A DNA stretch of 64,000 nt from the NCBI RefSeq assembly GCF_046119375.1, contig NW_027362763.1:359538001-359602000 (forward strand). Direction: 5' to 3'. Shown here one piece after another: positions 1 through 27,800 of this stretch. The stretch comes from Phyllobates terribilis. Lineage: Eukaryota. The translations under genes and the position numbers were made by a program. Below the pieces are notes generated by a model. The model ran no database searches and was not told where the DNA came from. It saw nothing but the letters and a program-made list of their open reading frames with translations. Positions within the stretch are counted from its first letter, which is position 1; every line of letters starts with the position of its first letter.

Positions 1-289
1 CGGAGAGGTAAGTTGACGACCCCCTCTCCTCCTGCTGTCTCCTATATGCCGTGATCACTATAGATCACAGCATATAGAAGACAGCTAAGGGTTAACATCA
101 CTGGGACCTGATCTAATCAGGTCCCGATGATGTTCCCTGTCAGAGCTAACGCTCTGCACCGGAATCGCAGCGCTTGCAGGACCCTAGGGGTCCTGAGCGC
201 TGCGAGACCACCCACCGTTTTTAAACGTCGGCGCTGCACAGAGCCCGGCAAGCGCCGACGTTTATCTACAGTGGGCGGTCGGGAACCGG
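1..289. mobile_element. end of a piggyBac-type non-autonomous element (truncated by the window edge)
   Basis: GC-rich segment ending ...GGTCGGGAACCGG followed by TTAA (290-293). Confidence 0.45.
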
Positions 290-687
290 TTAATAACTGT
301 TGAAGTATTAAAGCACTAGTAATTCATTATTATACAGTAATATTAACATGGCAATTGATTACATGACTAACAGAACACTTAAAAAAAGTAATAAATTAGA
401 ATAAATCTTTGCTTAGTATCTTCTTCTTTCTTCTCATATTGCAATATAACTGGGCCTTTGTGTGCTGGGAAAAGTTGTCACCCCAGATGTCTTTACCGAT
501 TTCTAGATCCCAGTTGTGCATTAGATTGATCAATCTATCTTAAAGTTGTCTGAGAGCATCAGATAAAATCTCATAAAAAGTTAATATGATAGTCTATATC
601 TTAATAGTTTTCTAATGAATATTTTATTCTATTATTGCTTCTATTCTCCATTATTCAGTGAATGGTCAGCTTCCTTCTCCTGCACAG

Positions 688-15360
<14,673 letters not shown>

Positions 15361-15500
15361 CATAACCATCTTGGTATCTTTGACATAAAAGCAATGACCA
15401 ATGCAGTCTGCTGCCTGAAACTGAAGACATGCAGACTTACAGGATGACTGATACTAGAATGCATTTACTGTTCTTTGTAGCAAGTCACTTTTGAGCGAAT

Positions 15501-15506
15501 AATAAA
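15501..15506 (+). terminator. VWA5B2 poly(A) signal AATAAA
   Basis: First AATAAA ~140 nt after the stop codon. Confidence 0.6.
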
Positions 15507-15520
15507 CCAGGTTTTCCACA

Positions 15521-15526
15521 TTTATT
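15521..15526 (-). terminator. ALG3 poly(A) signal AATAAA (TTTATT on +)
   Basis: First minus-strand AATAAA ~145 nt after the ALG3 stop. Confidence 0.6.
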
Positions 15527-15669
15527 AGTTTAAAAAAAAGTAGCGTATAAAGACAACACTTCTATCCCCCATTCAGTTTCAGGAAAACCCAGCATTCCTC
15601 AGCCACAGTATTTTATAACTCTCCAGCTAGGAGAACTAAGATTTGTCTCTTGTGGTGAGCATGAAGGAA

Positions 15670-15853
15670 TTAGTCCTTCTTCTTAGGAGTCCGGGAGGGG
15701 GGTGCATAGTCTTTAGATGACTTCTCATCTGGTGGCACACCAAACCATAGGTGAAGAAGAATGGCCACATGACACAAATGGAGGGCACCTGAGCTCATAG
15801 CAGTAGAAGGGAACGTGTTCCATGACAGCTCAATAAGGCCCAAGATAAGTATC
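15670..15853 (-). CDS. ALG3: ALG3 exon 9 (coding part)
   Basis: Acceptor cccctccttcag; [17 protein letters not shown]...PKKKD*. Confidence 0.95.
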
Positions 15854-18800
15854 CTGAAGGAGGGGAAAAAAAGTGATTTAATAAGACATTAATGACCAGA
15901 AACAATAGCCACCACTGAATTGAGTTCTGAATACATACCTGGCAAGTCCTGGCAGGACGCTGGTATCTGTGCACCACAAAAGATATGGCAACATGTGAAA
16001 GTACCAGACATAGAACTGATAATGTAGAGAGCGGCTGAATGTAACACCCAGGAAGTTACTAGAGAACAAGACAAAAATGATCTCTGATAGAGTCAAGGTT
16101 GGTGTAGGTTTTAATTGACAACTTTAGATCTAAAACGTGAATTCTTAATCTTTGCTAAATTATTACTCCATCTTTTTTTCTACAAGTTAATGCAGGTCTA
16201 CTAAAGGAAAACTCAGCATTGTGATATGATTATAGATCAATATTCTACTGTTTGAGCTGATTCATATTATAATAAACGTATTATTAAACAAAATGCAGAG
16301 ATGTAGCTTGTAACTTCTTCACCTGCTGTTAAGATTCAGCTGTTTCTCAACTCCCATAGAAGAGAATAGAGAAAGTTACACATACACAGCGAACGAGGGG
16401 AACCCCATTTTGTAGAGAAGTGTTGCTTTCACTTCTGTGATCTGCACCTACATGTCTACTATAAGCATAACCCTTTATGTATTTAAAGACGACAAACTTG
16501 AGTTATGGGAGAAATTATTAAATGGGGTTTCCATAGGCAAGAATGGTGCTTGTCCTGAAAACCTTCAAATAACGACTCCATCTTGACAGTCCTAGCCTGT
16601 AATAAAGCTACATGTGTATAATTCTTACATGTCGTATAACCAGTGCCTATTAGGCCAGACATGCTGTAAGCTAATCTAATTCTTTACTCTTGCAATGTGT
16701 TATGTTCTGATCTTTTTCTTGCCTGTAATATGCAGTCAGAAAGCACTTGCAGCTCTTTGTCTATTTAAAATAGAAATTTCTGACACGTTCCAGTCAAGGA
16801 AGAATGTACCCAACTGCTAGACCTTGCTTCCATAATTGAAAAAAAAGCCCAGTTCAGCTAGGTAGCCACACACAAGTCAACATAAATTACAATCATAAAA
16901 TTTCTGTAAGCTACTGAAATAATTGCTTTATTTTCAGTAAGGATACTATTTGCTGAAAGTCTGCGGGATTGGGGTTTCCTCTGTGCTGGATCCTTTAAGA
17001 GTGAAAGAAAGCTCTGCCCGGACCTGTATTAAATAGAAAAAAAAAAGTTCTTGTATTCAGTAGTCATCCCTTTTTAGAATACGGACCACACCTTCTATAG
17101 TACATACCTGTGCCATCGGTAGAAACAAAAGAGCAGTAGTCCAGCGAGGTGAGCTGAAAGTAATGCTAAGTGGAAAGCCCGATGCTGAAACACAGACTCT
17201 GGGAGGAAGCGCCAATTTACTGTCCATTGGAATAGGAACTGCCTACCAAAATCAAAGGATCGCAGGAGATATCCAGCCGGGTTTTCTAGTAAAAAGGGGA
17301 GGGCCAAGATAACCTGTGGCAGAAACAGTGTGTCAGAATGGGGAAGTAAGGAGACCCGTGTACAGTGATAATGTATATATATATACACACACACACATAC
17401 AGCATTCAAACTAAGGCAGCCCGTGGATCCAGCGCAGGCAACTCTGGAAGTGATGTCTACACTATCTGGCTGGTGGCTAGGGGAGCTGCAGGCAATCATA
17501 GGCTTCAGTGGTCCTGGGCCAGCAGAGTAGCCGGAGTTGAATCCACAGGGTGATACAGTAGCAGCATGCCTCAGTTTAGTTTAAAAATATCCTTGCTTAG
17601 GGAAAAAAAAATAAAAAATCAGGGTCAGTTAGAGGGAACCTATCACCAGTTTTTTCCCATATAACCTACAGCCACCACCTTTCAGCCCTGTGTTACAGCA
17701 TTCTAGAATGCTATACTGTATATATTTACTATGTCTCCAAGTCACCCTGCAAAACAAAAAAAGACCTTTTATTATACTCACCTATGGGGTGGTCCGGTCC
17801 AGTCGGAGTCTCTGGTCTTCATCCTGCGCCTCCTCTCTTCTTGCGATCGCCGTCCTTCTTTGCTTGGTATGGAGGATGCATCCTACGTCATCCACACAGT
17901 ATTCCACATCGTGCTTCTGTGCAGGTGTATTTCTCTCTGCCCTGCCGAGGACAGAGCAAAGTACTGTTCTGCACATGCGTAGGGAAAGGGCGCATGCACT
18001 ACAGTACTTTCCTCTGCCCTCGGCAGGGCAGAGAGAAATACACCTGCACAGAAGCACGATGTGGAATACTGTGTGGATGACGTAGGATGTGTTGTCCACA
18101 CAAAGCAGAGAAGAAAGGAGACGCCGGACCTAGACCAGCAACGCCCATCGGACCGGACCGTCCTGTAGGGGAATATAATAAAAGGTCTTTTTGTTTTGCA
18201 GGGCGGCTTATATACAGCATTCCTGAATGATGTAACAAGGCAGAAAGATGATGGCCGTAGGTTATATGGGAAAAAAGTGGTCACAGGTTCCCTTGAAGCG
18301 GTTGTGTAAAGTCCTTATCAGAACATAGCCCTATTTCTCGGATCAGCCTGGTGCGCTTGTATATTTAGGAATAGCCTACGTAGATTAATTGCAGATTTAG
18401 AGGGCATGAAGCCTGCCTGATCCGAATGTATTAACGAGGTTATTACAGTGTTAAGTCTTGTTGCAAAGATTTTGGATACAACCTTGACATCTGATTGTAG
18501 TTTTACAATCACTGCCTCATATAGGAGACAGAAACACACTATTAATCATTTCTGAGTAATGCTGCAGTAGTTCTCCCTCAAAAAGCCTATACATTTCCAC
18601 TGAAAGGCCATCTGATCCAGGGGCCTTATCATTTGACTGACTACACCGCTTGTTGGATGGATTTCAGTGAGATTGACAAATCCAGAAAATCTTTATCCTT
18701 AACTGCCAGTGAAGGGGAACCAATCCCTACAAAGTACTCAGATAATCCTGAGTATAATTTACTCTGGAGGAATATAGACTAGAATAAAATCCATGTAGAA

Positions 18801-21800
18801 TCTGCAAAATTTTAGGAGTTTGAGCAATGACGTTTCTCTGTGTATCCCTTAGTTGATAAAGGCATTCTCCCTCTGTGCCTGCACTAGTTTAGATAGTAGT
18901 CAGCCAGTAGTTTCTCCTTCCTCATAATATTGTTGCTTCAAAAAACATACATTTATTATCTGCTTGGTCCAACAAGAATGACTAAAGTGTTTTTGGGCCT
19001 CCTTCTATCGCAATGAGTTTTCAGGGCATTTATTTTGAATATAGGCCAGTTCTGTCACCCGTACTTTGACCTCCATCTCCACCCCTTTTTACGCAAATTA
19101 GCCTTTACTATCTTTATTTTGTTAATTATCACCCCCCTCAAAAAAGCCTTCATGACATCTCATTCTACATTACTGGGCTTGGACCCCAAATTAGCATAAG
19201 AATTCCACTAATTTCTCCTTGATGTTAGTACAGTTAAAGGGGTACTCCAGGGAGATAAAAAAAATATTGTAATGGCCATACCTTCATAAACTATTAAGAT
19301 AACATGAATATTGCCGTTTTCCACCCTCACGCTATCTGTAATTCTATATGACACTGCAGCTGCTCCTCAATGCTCCCCTCTCACTTATGGGACGTCACAA
19401 ATCAGGGTGTGCGGCTGGCTCCCTGCTAGTAGCAGCAGCCAGCCCTCTGATACTACTTGCTTGTATGCAGTCCAATATTGGGAGTGTGGTGTGGATTGCT
19501 CCCTGGTAGTAACTGTCTGCCCCTGATACTATTTGCTTGTATATGGTCCGATATTGGGGGCATGACGTGAATGTGGCTTGCTCCGGGCTGGTAATAGCAG
19601 CAGTCAGCCCACTGCTAATTTCGGACCACATACAAGCAGAAAGTTGGAGCAGCCAGCCCCTGATACTAGTAGCTGGGAGCAGGCTACGCCCACATCTCGC
19701 CCCCAATATTGAACCACATACAATATCGGACCACATAAGGGGGCTGGCTGCTGCTTCTGATATGTGATGTAATGTCCCATAAGTGAGGGGGAGCACCAAT
19801 GAGCAGCTGTAGCGTCACATAGAATTACAGTTAGTGAGAAGGTGGAAAACCGCACTAGCCATGTTATTCTAATTGTTTATAAAGGTATGGCCATTACAAT
19901 TTTTTTTTTATCTCCCTCAAGTACCCATTTAATAAGCTTAAGCAAACATGGGTTAAGTTTCCATCCCAAAGAGTGCTCAGCCCTAAATAAGCCTACTTAT
20001 ACCTGGAATAATAGAGGAGAGTGATCCGATAAGGATTTGGGGGGCGTACTTAATATTTAACATAAAGGGGCCATAGGAGGATTGCAAAGAACCAAGTCAA
20101 TTCTTGAGAGGGAGTGGAATGTCGCAGAGGCACACGAAAATATCCTTGATGATCGGAACTTTTCCCTCCATATATCTATTAAGCCCAGTTAATTAATAAG
20201 CCGGCCAAAGGGAGATAAAGTGTTAGAACCCCCAAGGAACCTATCTTTACCAGGGTTCTAAATATTGTTAAAGTCACCCATAACTATTAGAGGTATATCT
20301 GGCCAATTAGAAAGTTTTACCTAGAATTCTCTTGAGGGATGTTAGAATACAGAGGAGGAATATAAATTACTACAATAATACATTAAAAATGAGATATTGT
20401 ACAACGAACTCCAACAAACCTGCCCTCATCTTTAAAAGGAGTCTAATGTATTTAAAGGGGATAGACTGTACAGAATGCAGGCTATATGCAATCCAAGACC
20501 TATAAAATATTAACGGAGTCATTTGTCATATGTATGTCTTGCAGGCCTATGAGCGCAGGATTAGCTTTCCTAATATACTCAAAGATTGCTTACTTTTTTA
20601 GAATTATCTCTCAGGACTTGAATGTTCCAAGAAATGAACTGACCGTTAAACCCATTTTTTTTTTTAAAAAACACAGTATATGCAAATATTCACATTGTGA
20701 TAATTACCATATTAACTGCTCTTAAGGTTAACCAGAAACTAGAACAAATTGTACACCAGGAGAACCTTCTCCCCCAAAATACCTCAAAACAACACTCCAT
20801 TTGCGAAAAGTGATGTAATCCTACCCTTAAACATAAGGGATGGGGCATAGGAAAAAAAAAAAACCTAACCATTCGGTACACTCTTATTGTAGGACTCAGG
20901 TACCAGTATCTCAAAGACAGAGCTCTACAAATTGCTGGGAGAACAGTCGTTCTGAGACCCAAAAAAGTCTAGGCTACTAGCGGGGTCAGAGTTACAAACC
21001 GGATAGCACATCAGCCCATTATGTCAAGAGTTCCATCTCCATGACCCATGTTTAATTCAGGCACACTCAGCCCTTGCAGCCTGCTGGTTTTGACGTTCGT
21101 GGGTGTCCAGCCATCTCAAGGCATCCTTGGGAAACTCTAAAAGTTAATGAAGTTGAATCAAGCGCCACCACTCTCACTTTAGTGGGATAAATCAGAGTAT
21201 TGTACTCCCAGTGCCCTCATTCTCCATTTAATGTCCAGGAACATAGAAGTGTGCAGTGGATTTCCACAGAATAATCCAGAAAGATTGAAATCTTATGCCC
21301 ACCAAGCTGAATATCTTGCTTTTCCCTTGCCTTCCTCAAGATATGTCGCGGTCTTTATAATGTAGAATTTTAATTAGGATAGGTCTAGGGAGGCCTTGTA
21401 GGGACCCTATGTGCCCTCTCCACAGCAAACAAAGGAGTGAGGGTCTCTTTGCCAAAAATATCCAGTAGCCATTTTTCAAAAAAGCTGTCTTGACCCCCCC
21501 CCCTTCCACATTTCCGGCACCCTAACTAGCCTAATGTTATTACGTCTCATGCAATTCTCCAGATCATCTGCCAACGCTGCCACAGCTTGAGTATGATTCC
21601 GAACATCTCTGCGGACAGGGGGGAGAGAATCCGCTAGCTCGTCGACTCTGCCCTCAACCGCCATGGTTCATTCCTTTCTGTACATCATGATGGATTATGG
21701 AGATGGTTTCCTAGATCTAGCCCACCTGGCCTGCCAGTGTAGTAAGAGCGGCATTACATTTATTGACCCCAGTGAGGAAATCCACCAATGAAGGGGATTT

Positions 21801-24800
21801 CCCTGTGGATACACCATCAGAAGCCCCCGTATTTCCTATAGGGAATTTTGACACCCCAGGGGTACCCAATGTAGGAATGGCCATGTCGGAGGATCCCTTC
21901 TCTTCCTCATCTTGTGCTAAGCCTGAGTATCGGTATCCTGTTGTGCACATTCTCTAAGACCCCTGCAGATTTGTTCCCGACTTCTGGGGATTGTAGTATG
22001 TGCTCTATGAGAATACTTCTCCCGCCTGGCTGCAACATCTCCACCAACGTCCCTGTGCCCCTTCCCACAGGATGTGCCATCTTGGGAGCTCATCTGCTGC
22101 TCACCATCTTCCTTTCCTTTCATGGCCACTCAGCAGTCCGGAACCCAACCACCAGGTGACAGCCAGACGCTTCCAACCACTTCCGACGCAGCCCTGTATA
22201 TTCACAGGTGCTGACTGCAGGCACGAACACCCGGCAGCTCTACGGTCCAAGGACGACAGCACTCCTCCTCCCGCCAAAACCCAAGACTCCCTTCCGCGCC
22301 GGGAAAGCCAACAGAAGAACATTCCGATCCGGCGGCCCCCCGGCACTGGAGGTATGTATAAATGCCGCCGAGCATCCTCCTGGTTTTCTGGGTACGCCAC
22401 ACAGCACTGTGGTAGGGTGCAAAAACGGCTACCACCACCTCCACCACATGCTACAGGCCTGGAGACTCAAGACCTCACCAGGGCTGTGTTCAAGAGTCCA
22501 CAGCGCTTTCACACAGCACCAGCACAGTCCCTCACCCTCAGGGTTGGTCTATAGAGGTAAATTTTGGCCCAAAGATCACTGGAAACAAGCAGGATAATGT
22601 CAGGATACTAGAAGTTCTGCTCAGTCCAAGAACATGACCATGCCCTCATAATTAGCATGTTTGACTAGACTTCAGGTTTGCAGAATGGAGGCAGCAAATA
22701 GAACATAAAATGAAAAGTGCAATTTTTTTTGGAGGGGGCTATATTCCCTACAAAAATAAGGCCCCGATTCAGTAGGACTTGTGTTTCGCATTTCAGTCTT
22801 AATGACGGGTGTGCAGGAAAAAGAAGCACGGAATTAATTAAAAGGTGCACGCCACTTAATTAATACTGCACATCTTATCAGTGTTTATTCACTGTGCCAA
22901 AAAGGTTACTCCTAGACTGGACTAACAGTTTTGGGGGACATACTGACTCCACCCATGTTGATAGAGGTGCCCAAAATTTTCTGCGCAATTTAGAGTTGGA
23001 CAAGATTTTGTGACATTTCAGTGTGTTGTAGGCAAAGTTTTCTGTCGTAAACACTTAAATTATGGCCTAGGTTCTTAGTATAAATTGTCAATTTGGGTGG
23101 AAAGACTCCCTTTTAAAAATAATAGCAAAAAAAAGCCAAAGCCAGAGATGGATCAGGATAGAGAACTGTAATGGTAGATTACAATTAGATTTAGTGTCGA
23201 TTTCTGTGACTGAAAAATCAATCCACCACCAGCTTTGCCAGGAAATCGGTAGTAGAAATCTGGGGTGAACACATGGATTTCTGCTCTGGATATGTAGTTA
23301 GATCAGTTGCGGGTTTGCAGGAGGACTACCTCTGTTCAACAGGGCTAATCCTATTACCATGCGGTGGCTTGCAGTCAGTTTTGACAGATTTCTGTGTAAA
23401 AGCCCACCATAATCCATGGCAAGTACTTGAGTCGTAAACATATTCTAACTTCTTCCTGTCAATTTTGATTTCTTTTAAACTCTGCTGCTTTTGGCTGCAA
23501 CAATGTATGCATTAGGTCTTTATGTCAATTTGAAACAAACATATAAACAGAAGAATTGGTCCCAGGTCAAAGGGCACTCACCTGAAGCATGGCACAGATA
23601 CAGAGTTTTGGTATAGTGCGCAGGAGTCCAAACTGGCACAAAAGGAGATACAGAAGTCCAGGAGCTAGTAGCAGAATGTTCATTTTGACAGATACAGCCA
23701 AGCTGCAGGAAAATTGGGATCAAATAGGATAATACATTCACTTATCCAATTATGTACACACACTAGTATTATTGCATTCTACTGGTTAAGAGGTTGGACA
23801 TGACTGTTAATGCAATTGTTTTCCTTGTTCTTGGAATGTGCACACTGTAAATGTGAACTGAATGCAGCAAAACCACAAGATAACATCTATGGAGACAAGG
23901 ATTAAAGAAACTAATGTGAAACAGACCTTAGATTACTCAAAGTATCCCCCCTTTTATTCTGATGATAGCAGCTTCCGATGAACAGTTACATCTGATCAAG
24001 AGTTCATTTGTTGAGTCACTGGCCTTTTATTTATCTCACTTATATAGCGCCATTAATTCCACAGCACTTAACAGACATTATGGGCACCGTTCCCATTCCC
24101 TATCAGTATGTCTTTGGGATGTGGGAGGAAACCAGAGAACCTGGAGGAAACCCACACAGACACGGGGAGAGAATACAAACTCCTTGCAGATGTTGTCCCT
24201 GGTGGGATTTGAACCGAGGACCCCAGCGCTGCAGTGCTAACCACTGCGCCACCGTGCTTCTTTTACCTTCTGCAAGTTTGCGACCATCAGATGTGTTTTG
24301 CAGAGTTCCTTATTGGGCCGAATCATATTCTAGAACTGTTGTAAACCAGAATATGGCAAAAATCACTCAACTAAAAATAAGGAAATGACAGTACAGCATC
24401 ACTTTAAGACACGAAGGTCAGTAAAAAAAAAAAAAAAAAAAAAAGATAAAACTTAGGTATATCAACATGCAGTCATGAAAACCATGAATCGCTATGATGA
24501 AACTAGCTTTCATGAAGACTGCCCCAGAAAAAGAAAGACCAAGGATGACCTCTGCTGCAGGTGATAAGTTCCTCACTTACCAGCCTCACAAAACACAGAT
24601 TAACTGCACTTCAGATAACAGCCCTCATAAATGATGCAAAAACATGAAGAAGGAAACACATCTCAACAGCATCTGTTGAGCTGTGACTGGGAGAAGCAGT
24701 CCTTTTTGGTCAAATTGCTGAAAAGAAGCCACTACTGAAGACCACAAAACAAGAAGAGACTTGTTTGGGCCCAGTAGCACAAGACTTGGGCATTAGATCA

Positions 24801-27800
24801 GAGGAAATTTGTACAGTGTCTGACAAATCAAAATTTGAGATTTTTGGTACCATTTGGCCTTTGTGAGACACAAGAGGTGAGCGGATGGTTTTTGAACGTG
24901 TGGTCCCCAATGTGAAGAATGGAGACGGGGGGAGTGTGATTGCATGGGGGTGCTTGCTGGTAACACTTGATAATTTATTCTAAATTCAAGGTAGACTTAC
25001 TCAGCATGGTGTCACGCTGTCTCTGTATACTGGAGGTAGGGGGCCTAAGCTGACCCTAAGCTGGGGCCCTGACTAATCCCTCAACCTGGAGGTACTGTTA
25101 AAGGTACAGAGGTCCAGGCCGCCAGCGTAACCCCTACCTCCTGAAGATCCCTGCACCTCAGTAATCTAGTCCTGAGAAGGACCCCGATCACAACCAAAGG
25201 GAACAAGAAATAATATGCCCAAACACAGTATTTAAACGAACGAGACAGTACAAGGGAAAAACCAAAACCACCTTGCATACAAACAACTTCTCAACTACAA
25301 CAGAGGGAAAACCAACGGGAAAGGAGATAAATGATAAAGCGAGGAAAGGGAAAAAACACTTCCAAATACACTTATCTCAGCAACTCCAAACACCACGATC
25401 CGCTCTGTCAGTCTGAATGAAATGCTTTCACCGACACCTCCCAAACAGACCAGCAGGTATATGAAGGAGTCTCACTACAGAAGTATTGATTGCAGCTGGG
25501 CGAGGCTGGACCTCATCTAGCCCAGAGAGAGAGAGAGAATTAACTCCCTCACTGCCGAGAAACACAAAGCACCAACAAGTCAGCTGCGAGAAGTCAGGCT
25601 GTGTACTCGTGACGATCTTCGTGGCAACACACCCGTGACAGTACCCCCCCTTCTACGAGGGGCCTCCGGACCCTCAGGGCCAGGTTTATCCGGATGAGTC
25701 GTGTGGAAGGCCCGAACTAATCGGTCTGCGTTAATATCCGACGCAGGAACCCACATCCTCTCCTCAGGACCATACCCCTTCCAATGAACCAGGTACTGAA
25801 GGGACCGGCGATTAAAGCGTGAATCAATGACCCTCGATACCTGGAACTCCAAGTTACCATTGACAACCACTGGAGGGGGAGGTAAAAGTGACGGTACCAC
25901 CGGCGCCACATACCTCTTAAGCAATGATCTGTGAAACACGTTGTGAATTTTAAACGTAGGGGGGAGGTCAAGACGGAATGCCACCGGATTAATAATAGAA
26001 CTGATTCTGTACGGCCCGATGAACCTGGGACCCAGTTTCCAGGAGGGAACCTTAAGTTTTATATTCCTGGTAGACAACCATACCCGATCGTTCACACTTA
26101 GGTCCGGACCAGACACTCTCCTCCTATCAGCCATACGTTTGTATCGGTTCCCCATAGTATTCAGATTCTTCAGCACCCCTCTCCATACTGAAGCGAGTGA
26201 TGAGGAAAATCGTTCCTCCTCAGGAACCCCCGAAGAGCCCCCCCCACTGAAAGTACAAAACTGGGGTGAAAACCATATGCCCCAAAAAACGGGGACTTAC
26301 CAGTGGACTCGCTCCGCCTATTATTAAGAGCAAACTCTGCCAGAGGTAAGAAAGAAGCCCAGTCCTCCTGGTTCTCTGACACAAAACACCGGAGATATGT
26401 CTCCAAGCTCTGGTTCATACGTTCCGTCTGACCATTGGTCTGAGGATGAAAAGCCGATGAGAATGACAACTGCATCCCCCGCCGAGCACAAAACGCCTTC
26501 CAGAACTTAGACACAAACTGAGACCCCCGATCAGACACCACCTCGGAGGGTACCCCGTGAAGCCTCACAATCTCCCCAATGAACACCTGCGCAAGAGTTT
26601 TAGCATTAGGGAGAGCCGGAAGAGCGATAAAATGTGCCATCTTGCTGAACCTGTCCACTACAACGAGTATGACCGTTTTACCCGAAGACGGAGGGAGGTC
26701 CGTAATAAAGTCCATAGACAGATGAGTCCAAGGACGCTCCGGGATCTTCAAAGGTAAGAGGGCCCCAGACGGACGGGTATGTGAGGTCTTAGAGCGCGCA
26801 CAAACCCCACAGGACGCGACAAAAGTTACCACCTCCTTATGTAAATTAGGCCACCAAAACCGACGCGAGAGGAGATCCACAGTAGCTTTACTCCCCGGGT
26901 GTCCTGCAAAAACTGAGTTATGGTGTGCCTCGATCACCTTTTGTCGCAACTGATCTGGAACAAACAATCTCCCTGGAGGTCCAACAGGGGCGTCCCCCTG
27001 AGCCTCCAATACCTCCTCCTCCAGCTCAGAGCATACTGCCGAAACCACCACCCCCTCCTGAAGGATAGGAATCGGGTCGTCCGTATTCCCGGCCCCCGGG
27101 AAACTACGAGATAAGGCATCCGCCTTTACATTTTTTGACCCAGGACGATATGTAACGACAAAATTAAACCTGGTAAAAAACAATGACCACCTAGCTTGTC
27201 TGGGATTCAGACGTTTCGCGGACTCCAGATATAGCAGGTTCTTGTGATCGGTGATGACGGTGACCGGATGAACAGCCCCCTCCAGAAAATGGCGCCACTC
27301 CTCAAAAGCTAACTTAATGGCCAAGAGTTCCCTATTGCCGACATCGTAATTCCTCTCAGCGGACGACAATTTTTTAGAGAAAAAGGCGCACGGATGCCAC
27401 TTACCAGGGGACGAACCCTGTGACAATACTGCTCCCACCCCTACCTCGGAAGCGTCTACCTCTACAATGAATGGCTGAGACGCATCAGGTTGAATGAGTA
27501 TGGGCGCCGAGGCAAAACATTTTTTCAAAGAGGAGAATGCTTGACAAGCCTTGTCAGACCACCTAGAAAAATCCGTCCCCTTTTTAGTCATGTCAGTGAG
27601 AGGCTTAACCATGGACGAGAAATTACGAATGAACTTCCGGTAATAATTAGCAAACCCCAGGAAACGTTGTAGTGCCTTAAGATTCTCTGGCCGATCCCAC
27701 TCAAGAACTGCCCGCACTTTCCCAGGGTCCATACGAAAACCGGACGCTGAAACCAGGAAGCCTAAAAACTGGAGTTCCTGTACGGCGAACACACACTTTT

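Noticed and set aside
17690-18284. Cluster of 80-130-aa ORFs on both strands with near-identical peptides
   Set aside because: Mirror translations of the two arms of a fold-back MITE.
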